IMG/VR virus record: IMGVR_UViG_2568526411_000004
Source: a virus
Lineage: Duplodnaviria; Heunggongvirae; Uroviricota; Caudoviricetes
Direction: 5' to 3' (one strand)
DNA: 64,000 bases
This document shows, in pieces, positions 1 to 9,223 of the stretch; position 1 is the first letter of the stretch, and each line of letters begins with the position of its first letter. The notes beneath the pieces are model-generated. The model worked only from the letters and a program-made list of their open reading frames with translations. It had not been told where the DNA came from and made no database searches. Made by a program: the position numbers and the translations under genes.

Positions 1-820
1 GGCACTGTTGCAAATAGTCGGTGGTGATAAACTTATCATCCCCTTTTGCTGATGGAGCTGCACATGAACCCATTCAAAGGCCGGCATTTTCAGCGTGACA
101 TCATTCTGTGGGCCGTACGCTGGTACTGCAAATACGGCATCAGTTACCGTGAGCTGCAGGAGATGCTGGCTGAACGCGGAGTGAATGTCGATCACTCCAC
201 GATTTACCGCTGGGTTCAGCGTTATGCGCCTGAAATGGAAAAACGGCTGCGCTGGTACTGGCGTAACCCTTCCGATCTTTGCCCGTGGCACATGGATGAA
301 ACCTACGTGAAGGTCAATGGCCGCTGGGCGTATCTGTACCGGGCCGTCGACAGCCGGGGCCGCACTGTCGATTTTTATCTCTCCTCCCGTCGTAACAGCA
401 AAGCTGCATACCGGTTTCTGGGTAAAATCCTCAACAACGTGAAGAAGTGGCAGATCCCGCGATTCATCAACACGGATAAAGCGCCCGCCTATGGTCGCGC
501 GCTTGCTCTGCTCAAACGCGAAGGCCGGTGCCCGTCTGACGTTGAACACCGACAGATTAAGTACCGGAACAACGTGATTGAATGCGATCATGGCAAACTG
601 AAACGGATAATCGGCGCCACGCTGGGATTTAAATCCATGAAGACGGCTTACGCCACCATCAAAGGTATTGAGGTGATGCGTGCACTACGCAAAGGCCAGG
701 CCTCAGCATTTTATTATGGTGATCCCCTGGGCGAAATGCGCCTGGTAAGCAGAGTTTTTGAAATGTAAGGCCTTTGAATAAGACAAAAGGCTGCCTCATC
801 GCTAACTTTGCAACAGTGCC
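1..820 (+). mobile_element. IS26: IS26 (IS6 family) copy 1, complete 820 bp, terminal inverted repeats GGCACTGTTGCAAA / TTTGCAACAGTGCC
   Basis: The exact IS26 left end is at 1-14 and the right end at 807-820. It encodes the canonical 240-aa Tnp26. Confidence 0.95.
46..768 (+). CDS. tnp26: IS26 transposase (DDE, IS6 family)
   Basis: The 240-aa protein MLMELHMNPFKGRHFQRDIILWAVRWY... is identical to the second copy at 22354-23076. Confidence 0.95.
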   Translation: MLMELHMNPFKGRHFQRDIILWAVRWYCKYGISYRELQEMLAERGVNVDHSTIYRWVQRYAPEMEKRLRWYWRNPSDLCPWHMDETYVKVNGRWAYLYRAVDSRGRTVDFYLSSRRNSKAAYRFLGKILNNVKKWQIPRFINTDKAPAYGRALALLKREGRCPSDVEHRQIKYRNNVIECDHGKLKRIIGATLGFKSMKTAYATIKGIEVMRALRKGQASAFYYGDPLGEMRLVSRVFEM

Positions 821-849
821 AATATAAGTCTTTTGCAAAAGGAATAAAT

Positions 850-2565
850 ATGTCAGAGGTAGTTACGATTGCCGCCGACGCGGTAAATGCCGTGCTGAGT
901 CAGCCCAGCACAAAAGTAAAACTAATCGTTCAAAAGGCGCTTTCGTACCAAGTTGACGGCGCTGAAACAATGGCTGTTTTTAAACAGCATAAGTGGGATG
1001 GCCGTTCGTCCTTCTTTGTGTATAAAAATTGCTCCTTCCCTGCCGGCTTTCTTCATTTCGTCGCTGCCAATCTTCGCCGTGAGGGGTACAAGGTCAATAT
1101 TGTTCGCAAGCCCTTCCCTGCCCCTTTAGGCCCTGAGCGCCCACAGGTAGACGCTTTTGGTTATGACTCTAAATATGATTACCAACCAGAGGTTATGGAC
1201 AGGTTGGTAAAACATGGCCAAATCATTGCTCAGATTGCTACAGGTGGCGGTAAGTCACGTATTGCCCGTCTTTGTTTCGCTCGTATTGCTCGCCCTACCC
1301 TCTTTCTCACCACGCGCTCAATCCTGATGTATCAAATGAAGGATGCGTTTGAGAAAGATATGGGCATTCCATGTTCTGTCTTTGGTGATGGGCAATTTGG
1401 CAACGTGAACGCTCAAGGTCAGACGACTATCAAAATGATGTCGGTTGGCACAGTACAGACATTCATGAGCAAGTTGGAAGTCACCACAATTCAGGAAGAG
1501 TTCAATGTTCTGTTCAATGCCGTGCAGGAGAAGTTCAAAAAAGAAATTGTGGCATTGAAGGGCAAGTTAGCGAAAGCCAAGAAAAGTACAGCTGAAATTA
1601 CAGCTGCTACAAATGATCTGATTTCTAAACAGCAGGCATGGTTGAAGGCCAACAATCAAGACATGGCCAATAAGGCCAAAGCCAAATTTGACGAAAAGAA
1701 TATCGAGCGTCAAAAAACCATCAAGCTTCTTTCCATGTTCGAGTTCGTAATTTTGGAAGAGGCGCATGAAGCTTCAGGTAATTCTTACTACGAAATCTTG
1801 CGCTATTGTAAGAATGCTCATTACCGCTTGGCATTAACCGGTACGCCGTTTATGCGTGAGAGCGAAGAGTCGAACATGCGTCTAATGGCATGCTCTGGCC
1901 CGATCGCAATCAAAGTCACTGAGGAAATGCTAATTCAGCGCGGTGTACTTGCTAAGCCTTACTTCAAATATATTGAGCTTCGCAAAAAGCCAGATCACCT
2001 TCTCCGCACTACTGGTTGGCAATCGGCATATAGATTGGGTGTCACAGAAAATGAAGAACGCAATTTAGCTATTGTGAGTGAGATTATTCGAGCCAAAGCT
2101 TACGGTTTGACGTCGATGATTCTTGTGCAACATACATCGCATGGCGAGCATTTAAACGAGCTTTTAACGCAATATGGTTTACGTGCTGAGTTCATTAAGG
2201 GTGAAAACAATCAAGCTGAGCGCAAACTAGCGTTGAACAAGCTTGCCAGTGGTTCGGTTGATGCGCTAATTGGTACAACCATTTTGGATGTGGGAGTAGA
2301 CGTTCCAGCTGTGGGTATGATTATTCTTGCGGGCGGCGGTAAGGCTGAAATTGCATTGCGTCAACGTATTGGTCGCGGTTTGCGTGCGAAGAAGATTGGT
2401 CCAAATGTGGCGTTCATTGTCGACTTTACAGACCATTGGAATACACATACCAAAAAACATGCTACGCAGCGACGCGAGATTGTTTTGCATACTAAAGGTT
2501 TCGGAGAGAACATTGTTAATGATTTCAATTTTGAACAATTAGGCTTCACCAGATTGTCTGCATAA
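850..2565 (+). CDS. SF2 DEAH-type DNA/RNA helicase
   Basis: Motif I IATGGGKSR, motif II LEEAHE, motif III LTGTPF and motif VI QRIGRGLR are present. The ATG at 850 has an AAGGA SD; the track start at 808 is a TTG inside IS26. Confidence 0.8.
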   Translation: MSEVVTIAADAVNAVLSQPSTKVKLIVQKALSYQVDGAETMAVFKQHKWDGRSSFFVYKNCSFPAGFLHFVAANLRREGYKVNIVRKPFPAPLGPERPQVDAFGYDSKYDYQPEVMDRLVKHGQIIAQIATGGGKSRIARLCFARIARPTLFLTTRSILMYQMKDAFEKDMGIPCSVFGDGQFGNVNAQGQTTIKMMSVGTVQTFMSKLEVTTIQEEFNVLFNAVQEKFKKEIVALKGKLAKAKKSTAEITAATNDLISKQQAWLKANNQDMANKAKAKFDEKNIERQKTIKLLSMFEFVILEEAHEASGNSYYEILRYCKNAHYRLALTGTPFMRESEESNMRLMACSGPIAIKVTEEMLIQRGVLAKPYFKYIELRKKPDHLLRTTGWQSAYRLGVTENEERNLAIVSEIIRAKAYGLTSMILVQHTSHGEHLNELLTQYGLRAEFIKGENNQAERKLALNKLASGSVDALIGTTILDVGVDVPAVGMIILAGGGKAEIALRQRIGRGLRAKKIGPNVAFIVDFTDHWNTHTKKHATQRREIVLHTKGFGENIVNDFNFEQLGFTRLSA

Positions 2566-2571
2566 GAAAGG

Positions 2572-2602
2572 TTGCCACTTTAATGAGTGGCAATTCTTTT
2601 TG
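2572..2602 (+). terminator. rho-independent terminator after the helicase
   Basis: TTGCCACT-ttaatg-AGTGGCAA stem followed by TTCTTTTTGT. Confidence 0.7.
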
Positions 2603-2657
2603 TGACAAAGGTTTATGTATATAATTACTTGCGACAAGACAGTTTTTAGAGAAAGTT

Positions 2658-2936
2658 ATGCCATCGTTTGATTCAAAGAAGTTCTATGACGAAAAGGGTT
2701 TGGTACGTAAGCCATTCACTGTGACGCAAGAAGCCTCAGAGATTATTGCTCGTTTCGCTGAGAAGTACCCTACCCTTACGCAAGGCGATATTGTCTCGGT
2801 TTTGGCAGGTTTTCTTGAAGATGATCGCATGAGCTATGTAGTTGAAGAGGCTTGTGCTAAATTCGCTGAAGCCAAACCACCAAAAATTCATGCGAGAGCT
2901 GGTGGGCGGCCAAAAAAGAAAACAGAAGATTCTTAA
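2658..2936 (+). CDS. hypothetical protein with AT-hook-like C-terminus (GGRPKKK)
   Basis: 92-aa ORF downstream of the helicase on the same strand. Confidence 0.45.
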   Translation: MPSFDSKKFYDEKGLVRKPFTVTQEASEIIARFAEKYPTLTQGDIVSVLAGFLEDDRMSYVVEEACAKFAEAKPPKIHARAGGRPKKKTEDS

Positions 2937-3172
2937 TACTTTATAAGGTAAAAAATATGATGGTGTGGACTCCTACAATTGAAGCGCGTAAAAATTCTGA
3001 ATAACGATATTGAGTATGCGGGAATCAGGCTTTCCGACAAGGATGTGGAAGTATAAGGACTCATTCTCCGGCAGCCAGTCCTGAAAATATAAGGACGTTA
3101 TAGGAGGTCGGAGATTTAGGAAGGCTATGCATCCGGGGTTGAGCGAAATCTCTAGGACTTCGCTACTCTCTG

Positions 3173-3370
3173 TCAATTTAAAACTATGCGCTTGTTTGTA
3201 TGTTCGATATATGTGCATAAGAGCGCGAGACACACATAAAATATAAACGTCATAGCAAAATACAGCTTTGCAAAACTCAATGACACTTCACCGCTAACTG
3301 TATAAAACACCATTACAGCAAGCATGATTAAAACGAACACATTTATGATAATAATTATTAATGTTTTCAT
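3173..3370 (-). CDS. small hydrophobic two-TM protein
   Basis: 65 aa, strongly hydrophobic; a palindromic operator lies just upstream at 3406. Confidence 0.3.
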   Translation of the reverse strand: MKTLIIIIINVFVLIMLAVMVFYTVSGEVSLSFAKLYFAMTFIFYVCLALLCTYIEHTNKRIVLN

Positions 3371-3405
3371 AGCATCGCACCTTACAAGCTACTGACCGCT
3401 TATGC

Positions 3406-3423
3406 AGTCAGTAGTGACTGACT
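3406..3423. promoter_or_regulatory. palindromic operator, variant AGTCAGT-AGTG-ACTGACT
   Basis: Inverted 7-bp arms with a 4-bp spacer. This is the same half-site as the CAGTCAGTACTGACTG family. Confidence 0.6.
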
Positions 3424-3429
3424 TTTAAA

Positions 3430-4131
3430 TTAGCGTTTTTTCTCGATAGTGAATGTTTTAAACATTTCGACTATTAACGCGGTCACGTCTTCACTTGTAA
3501 AGCTGACCATACCGTGTTTTTCACCTTTCACAAGGTCGCATATATTGAACATTTGTAACATTGCTTTAGTTGAACATGTTTGAGTCGGTGCGGTATTCAT
3601 GCCCGTACTATGATACTGTCTAACGCGTTTAACGTTCTCTAACCCGTCTTTGTTCTCTATAGCAGCACACAAGCAACGTTCAAGCTCAAAATGACGTAAT
3701 TGTTTAAACTCGATTAAATTACGCAAAATAGAACGTGTGTACGGGTCAATCTTCATGCAGTTGTTTTGTGCAATTGCTTGCATGAGCTTGCGACACTTAA
3801 CAATTGCTTTGCTTGCTAAATAACCGTCTTTACCTTTTATATCTTCACTGTAATTACCGATAATGTCAGCGAATGCTTTTAGCTCGATACCTTTAATTAA
3901 ACATTGCTCTATAGTTGCTAAACCTGCATCAGTAGAGAAAAAGTTAATTTCACTTACTATGTCGCGTGATAACGGTTGATGCACCTTGCGTATCTCAAGG
4001 TTCGCAAGAATAGTCTTTTGTATGTTCTTAGCGCGTGCTTTGAAGTTTGTTTTAACTTCTTTTTTAGCAGTAGCAGCGTTTTCTATAGTTGTTTCAGCAG
4101 CTAAAAGATCAAGGTTTGCTTTAGTATTCAT
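3430..4131 (-). CDS. hypothetical protein
   Basis: The ORF track runs 3430-4209. An internal ATG at 4131 (MNTKANLD) has a GAGAT SD; the first ATG lacks an SD and sits on the palindrome at 4222-4240. Confidence 0.5.
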   Translation of the reverse strand: MNTKANLDLLAAETTIENAATAKKEVKTNFKARAKNIQKTILANLEIRKVHQPLSRDIVSEINFFSTDAGLATIEQCLIKGIELKAFADIIGNYSEDIKGKDGYLASKAIVKCRKLMQAIAQNNCMKIDPYTRSILRNLIEFKQLRHFELERCLCAAIENKDGLENVKRVRQYHSTGMNTAPTQTCSTKAMLQMFNICDLVKGEKHGMVSFTSEDVTALIVEMFKTFTIEKKR

Positions 4132-4221
4132 AGTAAAAATCTCACATCGGTTAAGTTGTTTTAGATACCGTCTAACTTTTTCGAGTAAGTTGTTTCGGTA
4201 TGAGTACATATTAGCACAAAA

Positions 4222-4240
4222 TTGACTTGTTACAAGTCAA
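4222..4240. promoter_or_regulatory. perfect 9-1-9 palindrome TTGACTTGT-T-ACAAGTCAA (operator)
   Basis: Seen directly. A related imperfect copy is at 4772-4790. Confidence 0.55.
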
Positions 4241-4365
4241 TTATTAAAAATAATTTGTTTATTTGTTTAAATTTTGATCAAACAAATAAACATGCTTTAA
4301 AATGCAATAAAACGCCCTTTTTAGAGCGTTTTATTCAAAATGGTATGATCTATCGACTATAGTGC

Positions 4366-4692
4366 TTAAATCACTGTTAAGCGTATGTTATGCACGTTTA
4401 ACGCAATGCTACGGTACTGCATAAAGTTAAGCATGTATCTATTAATAAAATCATTCATAAATGCGCTTTTAGATACCTTTAAAACTTTTTTGTGCTTAGT
4501 GATAGCTGTTAAGTATTCAATGCGCTTGTTTTGTCTCTCTATGCACTTATCAGCGTGAACTATTGCGCGTTGCTGTATTAAATGCATGTATGCGCGTTTA
4601 CCTTCTAATACACTATTAAGCAATTCACTATCATTGTTTAATTCATTAGCAAGTTTAGCTATAGCATTTTTACGCATAATTTGAGTTGTCAT
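4366..4692 (-). CDS. hypothetical protein
   Basis: 108-aa ORF with an AGAAGG SD upstream. Confidence 0.5.
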   Translation of the reverse strand: MTTQIMRKNAIAKLANELNNDSELLNSVLEGKRAYMHLIQQRAIVHADKCIERQNKRIEYLTAITKHKKVLKVSKSAFMNDFINRYMLNFMQYRSIALNVHNIRLTVI

Positions 4693-4771
4693 GATAAAAC
4701 CTTCTATTTAGTTAAGTTGTGTTTGTCGGTTTGTTTCGAGCTAACCGACTGAGTGAATAATTGCACCTAAA

Positions 4772-4790
4772 TTGACTTGTTGCAAGTTAA
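4772..4790. promoter_or_regulatory. imperfect copy of the TTGACTTGT-T-GCAAGTTAA palindrome
   Basis: Lies upstream of the 4692 gene start. Confidence 0.45.
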
Positions 4791-5090
4791 TTTTGAACGC
4801 AAAATAATCACTCGTTAAAAATAAAAACGAAATTAGAGTCAAAATCAATGAAAACCTTATGGCACAAGGGTTGGCGCGATTTTTGGGTGATCACGTCCGA
4901 GGCAATTCCTATCAAAAATTGGATTGCCGTGTGGCTCTTCCACGGCGGCACTGAGGCGAGTGGCAGCTCCTTATGCGAGCGTGCGGGTGTTTTAGGAAAA
5001 TTCTATAGTTCAGCCGAGGCAACGCCGTTTTTCACTCTTGGATGGGGCGTGGATCTGCTTTGGATTGTCCTAGGCATGTTGCGTACGATA

Positions 5091-5117
5091 ATAAAAAACC
5101 GCTCAAGTTAGAGCGGT
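5091..5117 (-). terminator. rho-independent terminator (ACCGCTC-aagtta-GAGCGGT)
   Basis: Stem-loop followed by a T-run on the minus strand, downstream of the 5215 gene. Confidence 0.65.
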
Positions 5118-5214
5118 GCAGTCATGTCCATGTTGAGTGAGCATCAGCGCTGTTCTACACAGCATGAAGGCGGTCAATTAAGCTCAACCGCGTTCACTTA
5201 ATCAATGTGTCAGC

Positions 5215-5712
5215 TTAATTGTGCAAGTCGTCGTATGTTGCTTTGCTTCCATCAGAAAATTCTATTACACAATTTTCTAGGTCCACTATCATGCTATCAG
5301 TGCGCTTTAGCTCACTTCGATAATGTTGGATTTCTTCGTCATCTTCTTCATCTATGAGGTCAATTACATGTGCGCAGTAGTCTGTAATGTCGTTAATCTC
5401 TGCAACTGCTGCATATAGCGCTTTGTGTTGTTCGTGATTAAGATGTGATAAATCCATTGTGCTGAAGTATTCGTAGAAGTCCTTAATTGTCAAACCGTCG
5501 ACATACGTATAGTTTTTAGCTGATAGGTTTTTATTATCCGCATCTTCTTTAGAGTGAGAGCTATAGCGAAAAACACCCTCGTCATTCTTGTGACTTGGAC
5601 CGCACAGAGGAGATACGTTGTGTAGATATAAAGATATTATGCACGGTCGATCGAATCCTATAATTACTGCGTCATATCCTGATCTCGCTATACGGTGTGC
5701 TGTAACTTTCAT
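5215..5712 (-). CDS. hypothetical acidic protein (C-terminal DEEDDEE run)
   Basis: 165 aa with an ATG start; the conserved leader lies upstream. Confidence 0.55.
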   Translation of the reverse strand: MKVTAHRIARSGYDAVIIGFDRPCIISLYLHNVSPLCGPSHKNDEGVFRYSSHSKEDADNKNLSAKNYTYVDGLTIKDFYEYFSTMDLSHLNHEQHKALYAAVAEINDITDYCAHVIDLIDEEDDEEIQHYRSELKRTDSMIVDLENCVIEFSDGSKATYDDLHN

Positions 5713-5719
5713 TTTTTAA

Positions 5720-5753
5720 CTCTATGTTGCTTGTTTCGATAGAGCTATTTTCT
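5720..5753 (-). promoter_or_regulatory. conserved early leader GAAAATAGCTCTATCGAAACAAGCAACATAGAG (minus-strand sense)
   Basis: Belongs to the ATCGAAACAA leader family and is preceded by TCCACAAAC...ATTGAGAAAAT promoter-like sequence. Confidence 0.6.
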
Positions 5754-5910
5754 CAATGCGTTTGTGGATATATAACACATGGCTTAGGCGTTGTGTGCAT
5801 GTTGCCTATGGGGGGTGGCCGCGCCGTGGATGTGCCGAGGATTGGCCTCATGAAAAATGCCTAGGCCTGTGCCTAAGTGAAAATTGGATTGGCCTAGGAA
5901 ACAATATGAT

Positions 5911-5939
5911 CAAAAGAAAACCGCTCATACAGAGCGGTT
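5911..5939 (-). terminator. rho-independent terminator (AACCGCTC-ataca-GAGCGGTT)
   Basis: Stem-loop plus TTTTCTTTTG on the minus strand, downstream of the 5947 gene. Confidence 0.65.
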
Positions 5940-5946
5940 CAGAGTG

Positions 5947-6312
5947 TTAGCGTTTAAAGTTTAAGTGTGTCAATTCTTGCATTTGCTCACACATAAATTG
6001 TTGAGCTTCGATATAAGTCGTAAATATTACTTGTCGAGTTATCTTTGAGACTTCATACACAAAGTCATCGGTCTGTGAAAGGTTATACGCTTCAAGTTTT
6101 TCATGCTTATCTGCGTCCACTTTGCAAACGTTTACTAAATAATGAATCTCTTCTTCATTTTCATGCACAGACAAATGAAGCGCATAAGCATCAATTCCAG
6201 AGTTCAACAAGATGATTTGACCGTAATGTACGTTTAACACATCTAAATCAGCTATATGCGAAAAGGTCCAGTCGCTTTTCTTTACTTCATCGTTGCTGTC
6301 ATAAGTTTTCAT
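5947..6312 (-). CDS. hypothetical protein
   Basis: The track start at 6372 is a TTG lying upstream of the promoter and leader. The ATG at 6312 (MKTYDSNDE) directly follows the conserved leader. Confidence 0.55.
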   Translation of the reverse strand: MKTYDSNDEVKKSDWTFSHIADLDVLNVHYGQIILLNSGIDAYALHLSVHENEEEIHYLVNVCKVDADKHEKLEAYNLSQTDDFVYEVSKITRQVIFTTYIEAQQFMCEQMQELTHLNFKR

Positions 6313-6349
6313 AGCTCTATCTCTATGTTGTTTCGATAGAGCTATTTTC
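6313..6349 (-). promoter_or_regulatory. conserved early leader ...AAAATAGCTCTATCGAAACAACATAGAGATAGAGCT-ATG
   Basis: Preceded by AAATTGTTTGTCCAAAATCAGCTTGTGAAAAT, which reads as a -35 TTGTTT, a 17-nt spacer and an extended -10 TGTGAAAAT. Confidence 0.6.
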
Positions 6350-6405
6350 ACAAGCTGATTTTGGACAAACAATTTAAGGACTTGGAGACGTTAAGTCTTT
6401 TTTGC

Positions 6406-6699
6406 TCATATCTTCAACTCCGCTGTGTCGGTTTGTTTTGGATAACAATTGCAGCCTATCGACAATTCCTCACTGACACCGCCCCACTCTGCCACTATAT
6501 CTAGGTCGCTGTGATTGTAGGCTTGATTGTGACCGCAAGGTTTCCATGTATTTAAACCGCGTGGGCGTAGCTTACCTCTAAACATCTTCCAAACAGAGCC
6601 TTTTATAGCGAATGTGCCATCACCGTTTACTTCGTGAACTGTAACTCGGCTACCGTTGCGTGTGCGGTAGTCGCCTGCTTTAGTTATTAGTTGAGTCAT
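6406..6699 (-). CDS. hypothetical protein
   Basis: ATG at 6699 (MTQLITKAGDY) downstream of an ATATCGAAACGAACAA leader; the track start at 6783 is an upstream extension. Confidence 0.5.
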   Translation of the reverse strand: MTQLITKAGDYRTRNGSRVTVHEVNGDGTFAIKGSVWKMFRGKLRPRGLNTWKPCGHNQAYNHSDLDIVAEWGGVSEELSIGCNCYPKQTDTAELKI

Positions 6700-6707
6700 G
6701 ATTAAAC

Positions 6708-6735
6708 CCGTTGTTCGTTTCGATATGTATTGTGA
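6708..6735 (-). promoter_or_regulatory. leader-family element CATATCGAAACGAACAACGGG
   Basis: Variant of the ATCGAAACAA leader. Confidence 0.45.
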
Positions 6736-7240
6736 TATTTCATAGCTGGATATGCACCGCATGGCATAGGCAATATTCATCAATCGCCTATTCCGATTAA
6801 CCGCATGTTTGTGCCGAGGACATGCCAGTTTTTGCGTGGAACATTCCGAGGATTCGCCGTGATATTTTGAATTGGCAGCTGTGAGGAATAGCCTCGGCGC
6901 GAAAATTTTTGTTCCACTTGCCTGTGTGTATGTGTGATTTTTTAGGAAATATTTAGTTCAGGAAATTTGTTGGGATTTTTCATTTTCTCTATAAAGATTT
7001 TAAGTCATGACCATTCCGATGTGAAAACGCTAGAAGAAGTGAAAATGCCCCCCCTTCCCCCCCATAGCCTAAAAAGACATTTACATGAGAAGGAAGGGAG
7101 AAGGCATCTACTTCATCCGCGCCACATCGGAATGCGAACATTCCGTAGTTGGTAAACGCCGACCCTAAGCAAAACGCACCCCTATCGAAAAGCAAGATGG
7201 GTCCACTGCCAGCAGTGAAAACTATCTTGGGTGCAATTGT

Positions 7241-7258
7241 AGTCAGTGCTTACTGATT
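7241..7258. promoter_or_regulatory. degenerate palindrome AGTCAGT-GCTT-ACTGATT
   Basis: Same half-site family, one mismatch. Confidence 0.35.
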
Positions 7259-7721
7259 TTTCAAGTGTAAGAAGTTTGGCTGAAACAATTTTTTAACAAC
7301 AGAATCCACCGCTCCCTTCGGTCGCTCCATGCACATTGCACAACTCCTCTCTCTATGTGTTATTACTCTATAACCGCCTATACACATACTTCCTATTGTT
7401 CTTACTCTCCGTGTATGATGAATTGTCCTTCTAGCTATACTTAGTGAAATCCTTATTGTGTATAGTGTTCAGTATGTACTTATCATTATCCGTGTAGTTG
7501 TTAGAGTTTTTGTCTGTATTGATTGATTGTTTTTAAGATCGTTTGCAATTGTTCTATTGTTTATCAGTTTGATTATTTAGATAGCATTATGAAAATATGC
7601 TGTTTGAGTTAAATTTGCTGTTCTATGGCTTAGTTGTAGATTAGTTGGATTGTTTGTCAGTAAGTTATCTATTCTTTAGTACGTTTTGGAATTTAGTTGT
7701 CTGGTGTTTGAATAGTAAGTC

Positions 7722-7779
7722 CGTATTATCATATTACCGTGTGTATGTATGGTCGTATGGTAATACGGTAATATGATAT
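7722..7779. other. lox-like inverted-repeat site A (TATCATATTACCGT arms around GTGTATGTATGGTCGTATG)
   Basis: About 80% identical over ~55 bp to site B at 56203-56254, which sits next to the tyrosine recombinase gene. Confidence 0.45.
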
Positions 7780-8124
7780 TTCAGCCTAGAGATAAATTGC
7801 CTCATTCTGTGCCTGATAATTTGTTATAGCGTTCAGGTAAAAAATACAGCCTTAAAGTAAATTTGCTATTTGCGCATAGAATCGTTTTAGAGAGCGTTTT
7901 GCTTGTGTTTAGTATGATTCATCATCTTAGTGATAAAAGCGTCTCTAACGCGCGTTTATAAGCGATTATAAGCGGTTTAAGTGAGAGTGTTTGCTTATCT
8001 GGTTTTAGCATGGTTCGGCGGGTAAGTAATGAATTAGTTACAAGTCAGTTTATTTGTATAAAAATACTTATAAATCAATGATGTATAATAATATCTCTAT
8101 AACTGTCTGTTTTTGCTTATTTTA

Positions 8125-8165
8125 GATAAAAAAGAGCCAGCTCTAAAGAGGGGCGTAGAGCTGGC
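8125..8165 (-). terminator. rho-independent terminator (GCCAGCTCTA...AGAGCTGGC)
   Basis: Stem-loop followed by TCTTTTTTATC on the minus strand. Confidence 0.55.
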
Positions 8166-8430
8166 AAAAAGGTGACTTGTGAGACTTTTTTCTCTATCAA
8201 TACACTCGAATATTCTATCTAAAGAGCTTCGTTGTCTTGATGTGAGTATTGTATAAATACCGAGTAGGATTGAGAAGGGGAGGCGTTTATATCGCCTGTC
8301 GTGTTTCCTATTAAACTCATTATAATGATTGCATGTAACGTGAATTGAGTACGGCGTATGTTGACCGCATTAATTGTTCTTGGAGCGATAGGGCTCATTT
8401 ATTTGATGCTCAAAGCCATGAAGTGATTAG

Positions 8431-8474
8431 ACAAAAAGCCCTGAGCATTCAGGGCTATTATTTAGTTATTTTCT
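8431..8474. terminator. bidirectional terminator (AGCCCTGA-gcat-TCAGGGCT)
   Basis: The hairpin is flanked by T-runs on both strands, downstream of the 8546 gene. Confidence 0.65.
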
Positions 8475-8545
8475 AATTGCGCAAATATCTGCTCAAAAAT
8501 GATCGATTTCATAAAAAAAGTGCAAATATTTGCTCAATATTGGTC

Positions 8546-9088
8546 TTAATAGTTTCGGTAAACCTTTCCTTCAGCTACAAGATAATCACTAATTAAAGCG
8601 TCGCGCCCGTAACGTTCATAGTCGAAATAACCTTGAATGTCCTCTGGTATTTCCAAAGCAGAACATTCATCAATTAAATAGCGTCCAAAATCATCGTCAT
8701 TTTCGTAGTCACACACGTAACGATCTTCGTGCCACTCTTTAACGTTTGACCAATCAGCATAGTTGCCTTCAACTAATGCAGCGTATGTGCCAACTTCTTT
8801 AACTTCATCAAGATCAAGGCTTACTAAAAACTCAATTAAAGTTTCAAGCATTTTGAATGATGAGACTTTTATCTCTTCGTTGGCCCAAGTGTCTTCTAGC
8901 TGCCAAAACTCTATCTCTACATCGCCTAACTCATCTATGAAGTCGTCGTATTCATCAAAGTAAAGGTTAAAACCGTGTTGATGCGTAAAGCTGAAGCCTT
9001 CTAAGCGAAAACGTTTCTTGTTATCAGGGTTAGAAAACTTCGCTAAAAACTGCTCTATAGTCACTTGATCGTTAGTTTCGTAAGTCAT
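8546..9088 (-). CDS. hypothetical highly acidic protein
   Basis: 180 aa, rich in D/E (DEYDDFIDELGD, YENDDDFG); ATG start with the conserved promoter and leader upstream. Confidence 0.6.
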   Translation of the reverse strand: MTYETNDQVTIEQFLAKFSNPDNKKRFRLEGFSFTHQHGFNLYFDEYDDFIDELGDVEIEFWQLEDTWANEEIKVSSFKMLETLIEFLVSLDLDEVKEVGTYAALVEGNYADWSNVKEWHEDRYVCDYENDDDFGRYLIDECSALEIPEDIQGYFDYERYGRDALISDYLVAEGKVYRNY

Positions 9089-9092
9089 TTTA

Positions 9093-9125
9093 AAAATCTC
9101 TTTGCTTGTTTCGATGAAGTAATTC
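9093..9125 (-). promoter_or_regulatory. conserved early leader TTCATCGAAACAAGCAAAGAGATTTTTAAA-ATG
   Basis: Preceded by AAATTGTTTGTCCAAAAACCGATTGAGAGAAT (a -35, a 17-nt spacer and an extended -10). Confidence 0.6.
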
Positions 9126-9174
9126 TCTCAATCGGTTTTTGGACAAACAATTTGTGGCTTAGGCGTTGTTATCT

Positions 9175-9205
9175 ATAAAGAAAAACCGCTCACGATGGAG
9201 CGGTT
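9175..9205 (-). terminator. rho-independent terminator (AACCGCTC-acgatg-GAGCGGTT)
   Basis: Same stem sequence as the terminators at 5091 and 5911. Confidence 0.65.
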
Positions 9206-9223
9206 AAATTAGTGGACTTTAAT

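Noticed and set aside
808-849. N-terminal extension of the helicase ORF that starts inside IS26
   Set aside because: The start is a TTG inside the IS26 right end. The real start is the ATG at 850, which has an AAGGA SD.
821-849. IS26 outward hybrid promoter driving the helicase
   Set aside because: TTGCAA at the IS end has no -10-like hexamer at the correct spacing before the ATG.
6967-7195. ORFs 6967-7155 (+) and 6989-7195 (-)
   Set aside because: They overlap each other in the GC-rich repeat island and contain homopolymer-derived Pro/Gly runs (CCCCCCC).
7196-8545. tRNA genes in the ORF-free region
   Set aside because: No GGTTCGA/GTTCAAATCC-type T-loop with an appropriately spaced acceptor stem was seen.
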